DNA of 32,000 nt, from NCBI GenBank assembly GCA_046350815.1, contig JAXLZO010000001.1, positions 990,001 to 1,022,000 of the forward strand. Direction: 5' to 3'. The stretch comes from Candidatus Saccharimonadota bacterium (GTDB lineage Bacteria > Patescibacteriota > Gracilibacteria > BD1-5 > UBA2023). Under the pieces are notes generated by a model. The model made no database searches. It worked only from the letters and a program-made list of their open reading frames with translations, and had not been told where the DNA came from. A program made the position numbers and the translations under genes. How positions within the stretch are numbered: position 1 is the stretch's first letter; each line of letters begins with the position of its first letter. Shown one piece after another: positions 23,071-32,000 of this stretch.

Positions 23071-23085
23071 ATCAATCACTCAAAA

Positions 23086-23116
23086 ATCTTCCAGAGAATT
23101 CTCTGGAAGATTTTTT
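23086..23116 (+). terminator. rho-independent terminator after tRNA-Lys
   Basis: Perfect palindrome ATCTTCCAGAGAATTCTCTGGAAGAT followed by TTTTT. Confidence 0.7.
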
Positions 23117-23144
23117 GTCTTAGCGTGTTTATTTTGATTTCCAA

Positions 23145-23396
23145 ATGAATGATTATAATGAAAACATATTGAACTTTTCATATTTAAATCACATGAACCC
23201 CACAACTCTCTTTATCAGCATTATTGCTGGGGCTATTGGAACAGGATACTTTATCTATGGCAAACGTGAAAGTCTCGCCATGATGATGCTCTCAGGTGCT
23301 GGACTCTGTGTCTATCCATATTTCACTGACAATATAGCAGCACTTTGCATCATCGGAGCAATCCTTATGACAATACCATATTTTCTGAGGTTCTAA
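23145..23396 (+). CDS. small membrane protein, 83 aa
   Basis: Intact track ORF with ATG start and TAA stop. It has two hydrophobic helices (LFISIIAGAIGTGYFIY and IAALCIIGAILMTIPYF). The true start could be the internal Met (MNPTT...). Confidence 0.5.
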   Translation: MNDYNENILNFSYLNHMNPTTLFISIIAGAIGTGYFIYGKRESLAMMMLSGAGLCVYPYFTDNIAALCIIGAILMTIPYFLRF

Positions 23397-24010
23397 ATAT
23401 GCTTATTACTTATCGCAATATATCCCGGAAGAGATTTATAGGGATCTGGGTACTTGTTAATAAGAAGTATAGCTTGTTCAACAGCCTTTGAATGATCGCT
23501 TTCAATAAGATCTGCCGCTATCGCTCATCGAAAAACATCAGCCCATTGAAACTCAATGTAAGGCGTTTGTTCCTTGGAATAGATACCTTGTTCCCTCAAG
23601 AAAGTCGCCAAACTTCTATATGGATCGTTTTTCAGATTCATCACATCCTGGGGTATATCAATAAGATCTCTTTTTTCGCCATTTGGTCAGAAAGAATGAA
23701 CAAATTTCTTTGATTCCATGAGTGACCAAAACTCAGATGGCCAAACAATATGTGTCAAATCATCAACAATGATAAAATCAGCTGTCTCAACTCCAATTTC
23801 CCGAAGTGCCCGACACAAATGATGATGGTCAATAATATAATAGCGCTCTTCAGGTCATGAAACCACTGGGACATGATGATCTCGAATATGAGTATGGAGC
23901 CCACTCTTGGTCATGTGAGACAACCGTTTTATACGCTCATTCACAGCCGTCAAGCCGATAGTAACCTGTGTTGGATGAAGTTTGTGAATATGGATAGAAG
24001 TATGAGACAT
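23393..24010 (-). CDS. ParB-like nuclease domain protein (ParBc_2-like), 205 aa
   Basis: Not in the standard-code track. It is open from ATG 24010-24008 to TAG 23395-23393 with 3 in-frame TGA. Motifs LHPTQVTIG, VPVVSGPEERYYIIDHHHLCRAL and NDPYRSLATFLRE resemble the stand-alone ParB-like nuclease family as I remember it. Confidence 0.6.
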
Positions 24011-24060
24011 GCGTTTATATAAGTTAGATTATTCTATTCAAAAAGCTTTTTTATCGAGCG

Positions 24061-24096
24061 AAATTAAAAAATACCCACTCATACATGATGGGTATT
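24061..24096 (-). terminator. rho-independent terminator (minus strand)
   Basis: AATACCCA-ctcatacatga-TGGGTATT hairpin, followed on the minus strand by TTTTAATTT. It lies 12 nt after the TAA at 24109-24111. Confidence 0.55.
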
Positions 24097-24108
24097 ATTT
24101 GTTGAGGA

Positions 24109-24345
24109 TTACAACGCGATGGTTGCACCAGCTGGGATCAACACAGTGCCAATATGTCGACCTTGATCGTCACGCACCAACATACGCTGAAGCGAAGTCT
24201 GTGCAGGCACATTGCCCAAAGTAGTTAACAGATGCGTTTTTCCAGAATGTTTATCCTGATAAATTGCGCCCTTTTCAAAACCAAGAAAACGAACTACAGG
24301 GAAATAAGTTGTTGGAATTCTTGGAATAACTGCAGTGGTAGTCAT
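24109..24345 (-). CDS. hypothetical small protein, 78 aa, GC-rich relative to neighbours
   Basis: Track ORF 24109..24378 starts at TTG, so the in-frame ATG 24345-24343 is preferred (MTTTAVIPRIP...). TAA stop, no TGA, and its own terminator. Confidence 0.5.
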   Translation of the reverse strand: MTTTAVIPRIPTTYFPVVRFLGFEKGAIYQDKHSGKTHLLTTLGNVPAQTSLQRMLVRDDQGRHIGTVLIPAGATIAL

Positions 24346-24453
24346 AATGAAGTATCTCAAAACTGTAAGCTCGATCAACCAATTTAATACTGTATTAAAT
24401 GATTTCGTAATTTACGTTAGGTATTGTAAATATTTATTTTCTTGTGTCAAATA

Positions 24454-25542
24454 TTACAACCTATTCTTAGCCTCTTCCATAAGACGCGTATACGTCTTAT
24501 ACCGAAATTCCTGTATTTCTTTGCTCTTTAGTGCGGCCTTTATACCACATTCATTCTCAGTCAGATGTTTACAGTCTCGATAGCGGCATTGCCTTGATGG
24601 AATAAGAAATTCAGGAAAATACAGAGAAAGATCTTTTCATGAAAACTCAAGGAATTCCAATGATCGTATACCAGGAGTATCAATAATATACGTTTCACTA
24701 TCGAGAGGATACATATGTGAAGATGTGGTAGTATGTCTTCACTGTCACCCTTGGAGACTCACATGTGACGTACGAGTCACCTCTCATCAGAGCAGAGTAT
24801 TCACGATTGATGACTTCCCCACCCCACTCTTGCCAACAAAAACAACCGTCTTTCCATGGATTAGATCATTAAGCTCATCAATTCCAATATTTGATAGAGT
24901 GGACGTATGCACAACAGGAATATGTAGTTGATGTTCATAATAATCGAGCACCGGATCATCAATCGTTTGTAAGTCACTTTTTGTGATGCAGATAATCACA
25001 GGAATATTTGCAGAAGCTACTAAAATCATATAACGATCGATAAATCCTGGTTGAAATTTTGGATTCGAAGCAGATGCAACAATCACCACAATATCAACAT
25101 TTGCAGCAATTGACTGAAGTACTCGATTGTTAAACCGATCTGTATCTCACTTGTAACGAGCAAGCAGACTCTTTCGTTCGATAATTCATACAGAATCATC
25201 CTCTCATAGTGTGATACAATCACCTATAATACAATGTGGAAAAGCGGAGTGAGTTGAATCCAGATGAATTATACGATGATCTCACGATAAAAGAGAAATA
25301 CAAGAAATATTCTTTCATTTATGAGTTGGGGCTAGGGTGACAATACGAAAAATATCCCCTTCTGGATGGGCAACATATTCATAAACATCTATAATATTAT
25401 TCTTTTCTGACTGAGGTTGAGGTTGAGATTGATATTTCTTTTTCTTTAGAAGATATTTATGATGAGAGGTTCGTGCTGTATAATTCTTTGGAGAATCCAT
25501 GAATGGATATGATAAATATACATCAGTATATAGACTATTCAT
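24454..25542 (-). CDS. rsgA: ribosome small-subunit-dependent GTPase A
   Basis: 362 aa in code 25. Track ORFs 25315..25542 and 24787..25089 share a frame, and the gaps contain only TGA. Motifs seen: NKxD-like ITKSDL, P-loop GKSGVGKSS, G-RHTT (the Gly is TGA), DTPG, and the C-terminal zinc motif CRYRDCKHLTENEC. TAA stop at 24454-24456. Confidence 0.88.
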
Positions 25543-25684
25543 ACGAATTCGAAAGGAGAAAGAGGAAAATTTGCCTCCAAAAAAAGACTCACTATACTGA
25601 GCGAGCTTATTTGAATATTCAAAATATATGGAAAAGGAGCACGGAGAACAAGAAGAAGTTCATACAATATGAAAAAATAAAAAA

Positions 25685-26788
25685 GTGGCGATCGTCGTTG
25701 ATTGGCTATCAGATTGGGGTGGTGCCGAAATGGTCATCTCTGATTTTCTTGAGGTGTTTCCTCAGGCGGACATATTCACAAGTGTTTATATGCCAAAAGA
25801 TCACTCAAAATTCAAGAAATTTGAAAAACATACTATTCATACAAGCTTCATACAAAAAATCCCATTCTTCCGATCACGACACAAGCTTGCACTCTTTCTG
25901 CGTCCTTATGCATTTGAGGGATTTGATCTTGATGAATATGATATCGTCCTCTCCTCAAGCTCAGCTGAGAGCAAGGCAATTATTACAAAACCCGAAACTC
26001 TCCATATTTGCTACTGTCACAAACCAACACGGTATTTTTGGAGTGATACACATGAATATAAAAAAAGATTAGAATTCTGAAAAATTGGGAATTTCTTCGC
26101 TCGTATCTTCATGCCAATAATCCTTCCACGACTTCGAATAGCTGACTTTGTCGCTGCACAACGGGTGGATTATTTTCTCGCAAATAGTGAATGAACTCGC
26201 TCTGACATTATGAAATACTATCGCAGAGAAGCGGAAGTTCTCAATCCAGGTGTCGATCTTGAAACATTTCAGCTCATTGAGAAGAAAGAAGACTACTATA
26301 TTAGCATGGGACGATGCATACCGTATAAAAAATTTGATCTCCTTGTCGACACTTTTAATCATAATGGTAAACCACTTGTGCTTATTACCAATACGGACAA
26401 TGCTCTCTACCGAGAACTCCGTGACAAGTCAAAACCAAATATCACATGGCATTTTAACCCGCCACGTCAAGATATTGCAGAGCTCGTATCACATGCAAAA
26501 GCATTCCTCTTTCCACCAAAAGAGGATTTTGGGATTGTACCACTCGAAGCAATGGCAACAGGAACGCCAGTGATTGCCTATGGAAAATGAGGAGCTCTTG
26601 AGACAGTCAAAGAGGGTGTATCTGGCATCTTTTTTACCGAACAAACAGTCACATCTCTCAATGATGCTATCAAAGAATTTGAATGAATGAAGTTTGATCC
26701 GAAAAAGATCCGAAAACATTCACTCAAATGGGATAGAAAAATGTTTCGAGAGAAATTACAATCGTTTGTGGTGAGTAAAGTGAAATAG
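25685..26788 (+). CDS. glycosyltransferase family 4 (GT-B, group 1)
   Basis: 367 aa in code 25. Track ORFs 25685..26080 and 26210..26590 share a frame. N-terminal VAIVVDWLSDWGGAEMV and C-terminal [29 protein letters not shown] are present (first Gly of the GG is TGA 26588-26590). The start is assigned to GTG 25685 because no nearby in-frame ATG exists. TAG stop at 26786-26788. Confidence 0.8.
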
Positions 26789-26990
26789 AACTAAAAATAA
26801 GAAAACTATGTCTAGATTGAATAAAGAGGCATCAAATGATACAAAAGTACGTTCTTTTTTTAACAAATTGGAATAGTCACCATGGATATGACTACTACCT
26901 CTGACTGTTCTACTACTACCATTTATATCAATTTTCTGTTTCATACTTGTTTTATTAGGTTTCGATGTAACCTCTTGACTAGAAGGATCG

Positions 26991-27479
26991 ATGTTTTTCA
27001 TATGATGAATAGTGATATTTTTCGGTATTATTCAATTGAGCACCCTAGGTTTCGTTACGTTTTTATTTCACAATATTGAGAAGAGCTTTTTAGAGTTTCA
27101 TAAAAAGAAAGACACTCAGAATGTTGATGAAATTACTTCTTCCTTAGGTAGGATTCAACGGAATATGAACTATTTTCGTATGTTTCGGTATTTGTTTTAT
27201 ATTTTATTGAGTGAGAGTGGCTATGAAAAATCCACAAGAGAGTTAAAAAATAAGCTCATTTTTTCGATTGATTTCATCAGAAACATGGAATTACAATTAA
27301 GAGAAGCCATACAATCGCAAACATACATACTTGAATGAGCAAAAAATCAAATTGAACAAAATATGAACGGAGCTTCAGAGTTTAGAGCGATTTGAGATAT
27401 ACAAAAAGAGCGATTACATAAGCAATTAATAGCATTCCAAAAGCTACAAATAAAGCTTTCACAAAAGGATAGTGATTAA
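26991..27479 (+). CDS. hypothetical protein with N-terminal hydrophobic helix and helical C-terminus, 162 aa
   Basis: Track ORF 27012..27338 is extended upstream to in-frame ATG 26991 (through TGA 27003 and 27006). It is extended downstream through TGA 27336 and 27390 to TAA 27477-27479. Confidence 0.5.
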
Positions 27480-27516
27480 GTACACCATACATCCTATTAA
27501 ATAACCTTACCCTATT

Positions 27517-28920
27517 GTGTCACACACCAAACTCACCATCAAACTCCTCACACTTCAACTCTTTCTCCGTGTCGGATTATTTTTTGGGATGCTTCTCTCC
27601 CATCTCCACCATCATGAGAAAGTATCACTCAAAGATATCAAAACTATCATCATTAATCGAAGTGATAGGATAGGTGATGCCGTATTAACCCTACCACTCC
27701 TTGAGATATTTATGAGTGAATGTCGGATGCAATGATACAGTGGAAAGTTTATCATCCTCGCCTCAAAACTGAATCTCTTCGTCTTACAGCCACTCGAAAA
27801 ATACCAATGAGTCACCGTTGAACTCTCTGATATTGATTTGCCAGAATACGTCCAAGGCATTGGATCACTTTTTGCAAAAATACGAGACAGAGTTTTGAAG
27901 ACATTTTTTGTACGAACCAAAAATCCAAAAGATACTACCACACTTCTCTTGGATTTCATGGCGAATGGCGATGCTGCCATACCACTTTCATACAGAGAAA
28001 ATAGCAATCCGCTTATCTTTGGCCTCAATGCACTCACCTCTACTATTCTCTACGATCGATCTCTCCCTCGAGCACTCGTCCATCATTCGCAATTCAATCT
28101 CATTGAAACCTATGTTTCACTTCTCGAAGATGCAATTGTTGAAATGGGATCGCTACGATCCTGTGTATACAATGCCAATTTTGCAAGCTTCTATCCGACT
28201 ATCAAAGAAGTCTACCCAGAACTCTCTCAGGATGATTTTGATATCAATCATCATGCCCTCGAAGAGTGCTGCGAGTGGAGATGATACTATGAGAAGCTTA
28301 ATAAAAATGAGAAGAAAACAGCACTCGAAAAGAATGAAATATTACTCCAAGAATGGAACATAAGAGAACAAGAAAAAGAAAGTATCTTGATTTTTCTTGG
28401 TGCTTATTCCGTGCGTTCACTTCCAGTAGAGACATGGAAAAAAATGATTAGAATGATTGCGCAAGAATTTCCACACAAAACTATCATTCTCATGGATGGC
28501 CCAGAAGATATGATTCTTCGAGAAGTATGGTGTGATACTTTTCCTCACAATGTTATTCAGATCGGAGCTATTGTTCCACTCAAACTCTTCGCACTTATTG
28601 CTTCAAAATGTGGACATGTCATTGGTCTTGATGGTGGAGGTATCAACTTTGTGAGACGTTTTACTCATTCGCTCTCTATTTTCACCCTTGCTAATCCTCT
28701 TGTATGGCAGGCATTTTCTGGGAACAAGGATCGTCATGTCAGCAAAGGGCTCTATGGTTGGTCGATAGGAAGTTTTCATCCTAGAGATGATACTATGACA
28801 ATCAGTGATATGTCACGATCACACTATCTTCTTCCAACATTCAATATTTCAGAGGCAAAGCTTTTCGTAGAAAATATTGATATCCAACTTATTTGCAATT
28901 GGATCAAGACAACAAAATAA
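27517..28920 (+). CDS. glycosyltransferase family 9 (heptosyltransferase-like), unusually long at 467 aa
   Basis: Track ORFs 27517..27735, 27838..28284 and 28387..28920 share a frame and are joined by TGA only. N-terminal IIINRSDRIGDAVLTLPLLE and C-terminal LIASKCGHVIGLDGGGINF are GT9-type motifs. The start is uncertain: GTG 27517 or the internal ATG (MLLSHLHHH...). Confidence 0.65.
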
Positions 28921-29135
28921 GGAAAATCATGAAATGAATTCAAGCTGACAAAATTGTACATAACACCAAAACAACAACTTAAGCAATTCATGATTCTAAA
29001 CTTGATTCAAAAGCTTCCTTCTCTTTTCTAGAACGAACCAAGCTAGAACATATCGAGCAAAAAATTCAGGCTTTGTCAACACTTGGATTTTTCATACGAA
29101 TCGCTACAATGCCACTATAATAACAACTTCACACT

Positions 29136-29359
29136 ATGTGCGGAATATTTTGAATCGTGAGACAAAATGGTGAAGCAAATAAAGCAAAAGAGCTCGTAAA
29201 AGATTTAATTATAGGAATATCACGTCTCGAATATCGTGGATATGATAGCGCTTGAATAGCAATAATTTCACAAGGAAAGACTGATATTCTAAGAGAACGA
29301 GCACTCGGAAAAGTACACGATCTAGAATCTAAGATCGAAAGCAATACAGCAATAAAAAA
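29136..29359 (+). pseudogene. glmS: glmS 5' fragment (glutamine amidotransferase N-terminus), cut by IS insertion
   Basis: MCGIF-G-IVRQNGEA...RLEYRGYDSAGIA with catalytic Cys2. The frame runs into the IS and stops at TAA 29394-29396 after an IS-encoded tail (GLNQLRVILTK). Confidence 0.9.
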
Positions 29360-30112
29360 GGGTCTAAACCAGTTACGGGTTATATTGACGAAGTAACTTT
29401 AGCACTTCCTTATAAATATCTTTTCATTGAATACGACAATTATATCTGAATTCAGATTCTTTCAAAAAATAGTAGAAGTAGACTTTCTTGATTCCATTGA
29501 ATTGAGAGAGTCTTCTTTTGGTATAACTCCAAAATGACTCTATTCAATTAATGTGTTGAGTTCATCTTGCAAATTCATTTGCTCCGTGATGAACACGGTA
29601 GTGTTTCTCATATCCAATATCTACAAGCCCATCATAAGCTCACCATCCATCACTGTTAATCTCAGACTCTTCTATACGAAGTTTTCATCGAATGATTGGC
29701 ACGAGAGTCCTTGCTTTTACATCAGGAACTATCTCAGTATATACTTTTCAGTTTCTTTTGAGTAAACCAAAGACTATTGTCTTCATACCAGCTCACCTTC
29801 CTCTCTTTCATCGGACTCTTGTTGGTCAGAAGTAACTCTCATCTATCTCAACATTTCCAGTCCATATTTCATTCTTTTCTCTCTCACAGAGAAAGGCTAT
29901 CGCCTTTCTGATATATCTATACCAATCCTGTGTTGTTTTTGGATTGAGACCTGTTAATACCGCTGTTTTATCTGAAGTAAAATCCAGAGAAAAATATTTC
30001 ACAATTTCTCTTATTTTTGCATCTCAAATTCGTGATTTTTTCCTATAGGTAGTTTTACTGATCATAGAGCCAAGTTTATGGGATAATTTATCCTGTCAAC
30101 TGGTTTAGACCC
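29360..30112 (-). mobile_element. IS1595-family insertion sequence, copy 2 (753 bp), inserted in glmS
   Basis: Same inverted repeats as copy 1. Flanked by the direct repeat TAAAAAA (29353-29359 and 30113-30119). The sequence appears identical to 5295..6047. Confidence 0.9.
29373..30065 (-). CDS. IS1595-family transposase, 230 aa (identical to 5308..6000)
   Basis: Offset by 24,065 nt from copy 1 with the same translation. Confidence 0.9.
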
Positions 30113-31749
30113 TAAAAAATATCTCCACTGGGGTAGGTATAGCACATACACGTTGGGCAACACATGGATGAGTGGAGATAGTCAACTGCCATCCACATCT
30201 TTCACAAAATGGAAGATTTGCACTCGTGCATAACGGTATTATTGAGAACTACCAAGAATTAAAAAATACACTCACGAGTGAATGAATCATATTTGAGTGA
30301 CAAACTGATTCGGAAGTAGTTGCAAAGATGCTCGAAGGTGCACAAGGAAATACAATGGAGGAAAAGTGGCAGAATATTGCACCAAAACTTCAGTGAGCCT
30401 ATGCATTTCTCATCATCGATAGAGATCAGCCAAATGATCTTCTTGCTGTTCGCAATGGAAGTCCACTTATTTTTGGGAAGAAAAACACGAGCAAAGAATT
30501 CTATTTTACCAGTGATCAAAATGCACTCGCATGATTTGCAGATGATATTATTTTTCTTGAAGATGGGGAATATGTTTGTATCACGGGAGAGACACATAAG
30601 ATATTCTCACCAACCGATGGAGAGCGTAGAGTATTTCAGAATCTCATGACAACAACTGATCAGATATCCAAATGAGATTTTGATCATTTTATGCTCAAGG
30701 AAATATATGAACAGAGTGATGTAATCAAGAATGCTTTGATGGGTCGTATTGACTTTGATACACTCTCTGTCGATTCTCAATCACTCCGTGAGATCAAAAA
30801 TATGGAAGACATTACATCTGTCCACTTTATCGCTTGCGGAACGTCCTATCATGCTTGTCTGTACGGCGCACGACTCATCGAAGAATATGCACACATTTCA
30901 ACATATACGCACTATGGGCATGAGGCTATAGAAGAGCTTCCAGAAGTCGATAACCATTCACTCTATATTTTCGTATCACAAAGTGGTGAGACAGCAGATA
31001 CGCTCGACCCTCTCAAATATCTCAAACATCGCTGAGCAAGAACTTTCTCTATTGTGAATGTCGTTGGATCAAGTATTGCACGACTCTGCGATGCTGGTCT
31101 CTATACACGAGCATGAATCGAGATAGGAGTTGCATCTACCAAGGCATTTACTGGTCAATGTATTGCCCTTCTGCTTCTTGCAATAACGCTCGCAAATACT
31201 CATAATCAGGAAGAAAAAACCAGAGATATGATTTACGAACTAAGTGGACTATCACAAAAAATTGAGAACTCCACACGAGATATACACGCAAGCGTAAAAA
31301 CAATAGCACAAAAAATGAGTCAAAGTCATATTATCTTCTTTCTCGCGAGAGAAATAATGATCCCTATTGCACATGAGTGAGCACTCAAACTTCGTGAAAT
31401 TAGTTATCAACCAACCATACCACTCCCAGCATGAGAACTCAAGCATGGCTCACTAGCACTTATCGACACAGAAAGCGTGAGTATATGCATCATGGGAACA
31501 TGACATACTCTCGATCGTAATAAATCATCTCTCCACGAGATCAAGGCACGTGGCGGATATACTATTGCTATAGCCGATCGTATGATTGATGAAGCTGATG
31601 AGACAATCCTTATTCCATCTATTCACAAAGACCTCTCCCCTATCATAGCAAATATTGCACTCCAACTTCTCTCCTACGAGACAGCTCTTGCTCTCGGACG
31701 GGACATCGATAAACCTCGAAATCTTGCGAAGAGCGTAACAGTGAGATAA
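30113..31749 (+). pseudogene. glmS: glmS 3' fragment (rest of the amidotransferase domain plus both SIS domains)
   Basis: The frame from 30121 is open for 543 codons to TAA 31747-31749 with TGA only. Motifs seen: [34 protein letters not shown] and C-terminal DKPRNLAKSVTV. Deleting the IS plus one TAAAAAA copy restores a 617-codon glmS. Confidence 0.9.
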
Positions 31750-31750
31750 A

Positions 31751-32000
31751 GGCTCTAGACAAGAAGAATTATCTTCTTACACTAGCTCCATATGATCAAA
31801 TACAGTAAAATCAGCTCTGAGAAAATACGAGAAATTTTGAAGCTATTTTTAGGAGACTTTACTGCTACTCAAACATCAGAACTTCTCGAAATATCTCGTA
31901 ACACTATTAACAGGTACTATGCTATATTTCGAGAAGAAATTGTGAGAATATCTATTGAAGAATCATCAAAGTTTTGAAAAGAATTCTGAGAATTTGAAGT
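31751..32000 (+). mobile_element. second, related IS1595-family element, partial (runs off the right edge)
   Basis: GGCTCTAGACAAG at 31751 matches the GGGTCTAAACCAG end of the other IS at 10 of 13 positions. It sits 41 nt upstream of a transposase ATG, the same layout as in the 753-bp IS (47 nt). Confidence 0.6.
31792..32000 (+). CDS. IS1595-family transposase, N-terminal part (HTH region), partial
   Basis: MIKYSKISSEKIREILKLFLGDFTATQTSELLEISRNTINRYYAIFREEI... continues through TGA 31975 and 31987 (FGKEFGEFE). The layout parallels the N-terminus of the other transposase. Confidence 0.65.

Noticed and set aside
26756-27001. Minus-strand 81-aa track ORF in the gap between GT4 and the next plus-strand gene
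   Set aside because: It overlaps the 3' end of the GT4 gene and the start of the plus-strand ORF 26991..27479. It has no motif or signal. I cannot exclude it but do not support it.
28921-29135. Possible glmS ribozyme or riboswitch, or a leader peptide, upstream of glmS
   Set aside because: I could not find the conserved glmS ribozyme core sequences or a convincing pseudoknot-forming structure. Only very short ORFs (13-17 codons) are present. I treat the region as plain intergenic sequence.
1-32000. Reading the heavy ORF fragmentation as a decaying, pseudogene-rich region
   Set aside because: The fragments of each gene stay in one frame. The interruptions are exclusively TGA, never TAA/TAG or frameshifts, and the TGA codons align with conserved glycines. 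Recoding explains this, and decay does not.
1-32000. Genetic code 4 (UGA=Trp, as in Mollicutes)
   Set aside because: The TGA positions in GlmS (MCGIF-x-IV), TrxB (GGxDSA), RsgA (xRHTT) and GT4 (GKxG) are glycine positions. Trp is encoded by TGG throughout, for example TRWATHG and DWGGAE.
29360-32000. Composite transposon formed by the IS in glmS and the IS after glmS
   Set aside because: The two elements are different family members with diverged ends. The enclosed segment is just the 3' part of glmS, and the glmS-internal IS has its own intact target duplication. Independent insertions are the simpler reading.
1-32000. CRISPR arrays, rRNA genes, prophage structural genes or integrases
   Set aside because: I saw no regularly spaced direct repeats, no rRNA-like conserved stretches and no recognisable phage or integrase motifs on either strand.

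Overview
This window only makes sense if UGA is read as glycine. That is genetic code 25, used by Gracilibacteria/BD1-5 and Absconditabacteria/SR1-type CPR bacteria. The supplied standard-code ORF track chops almost every gene into same-frame pieces. The break points are TGA codons sitting on conserved glycines: GlmS MCGIF-G-IV, TrxB GG-G-DSA, RsgA G-RHTT, GT4 GK-G-GALE and transposase DESYF-G. I re-decoded the window by hand, codon by codon, looking only for TAA/TAG. It is a dense, low-GC chromosome segment (roughly 40% by eye) with about 25 genes.

Main contents:
- **Giant ORF:** one uninterrupted 12,843-nt minus-strand ORF (9938..22780) encodes 4,280 aa with about 80 in-frame TGA codons. 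It is a secreted or anchored protein with Ig-like, FG-GAP-like, coiled-coil, Pro-rich and Cys/Trp-rich modules, followed directly by tsaB.
- **Insertion sequences:** two identical 753-bp IS1595-family elements have 15-bp terminal inverted repeats and 7-bp target duplications. One splits glmS and the other splits a small membrane-protein gene. A third, related IS starts right after the glmS stop and runs off the window.
- **Housekeeping genes:** trxB, rsgA, tsaB and tRNA-Lys(UUU).
- **Envelope genes:** a GT4 glycosyltransferase, a hypothetical gene, a GT9 glycosyltransferase and glmS in a row.
- **Other genes:** a TelA-like gene followed by two membrane-protein genes, a ParB-like nuclease-domain gene and a partial AAA+ ATPase.
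- **Compositional outliers:** a few small, GC-richer, TGA-free genes stand out, two of them with the only strong Shine-Dalgarno sites I saw.

All family assignments come from motif recognition by eye and from memory. No searches were run. CDS coordinates include the stop codon.
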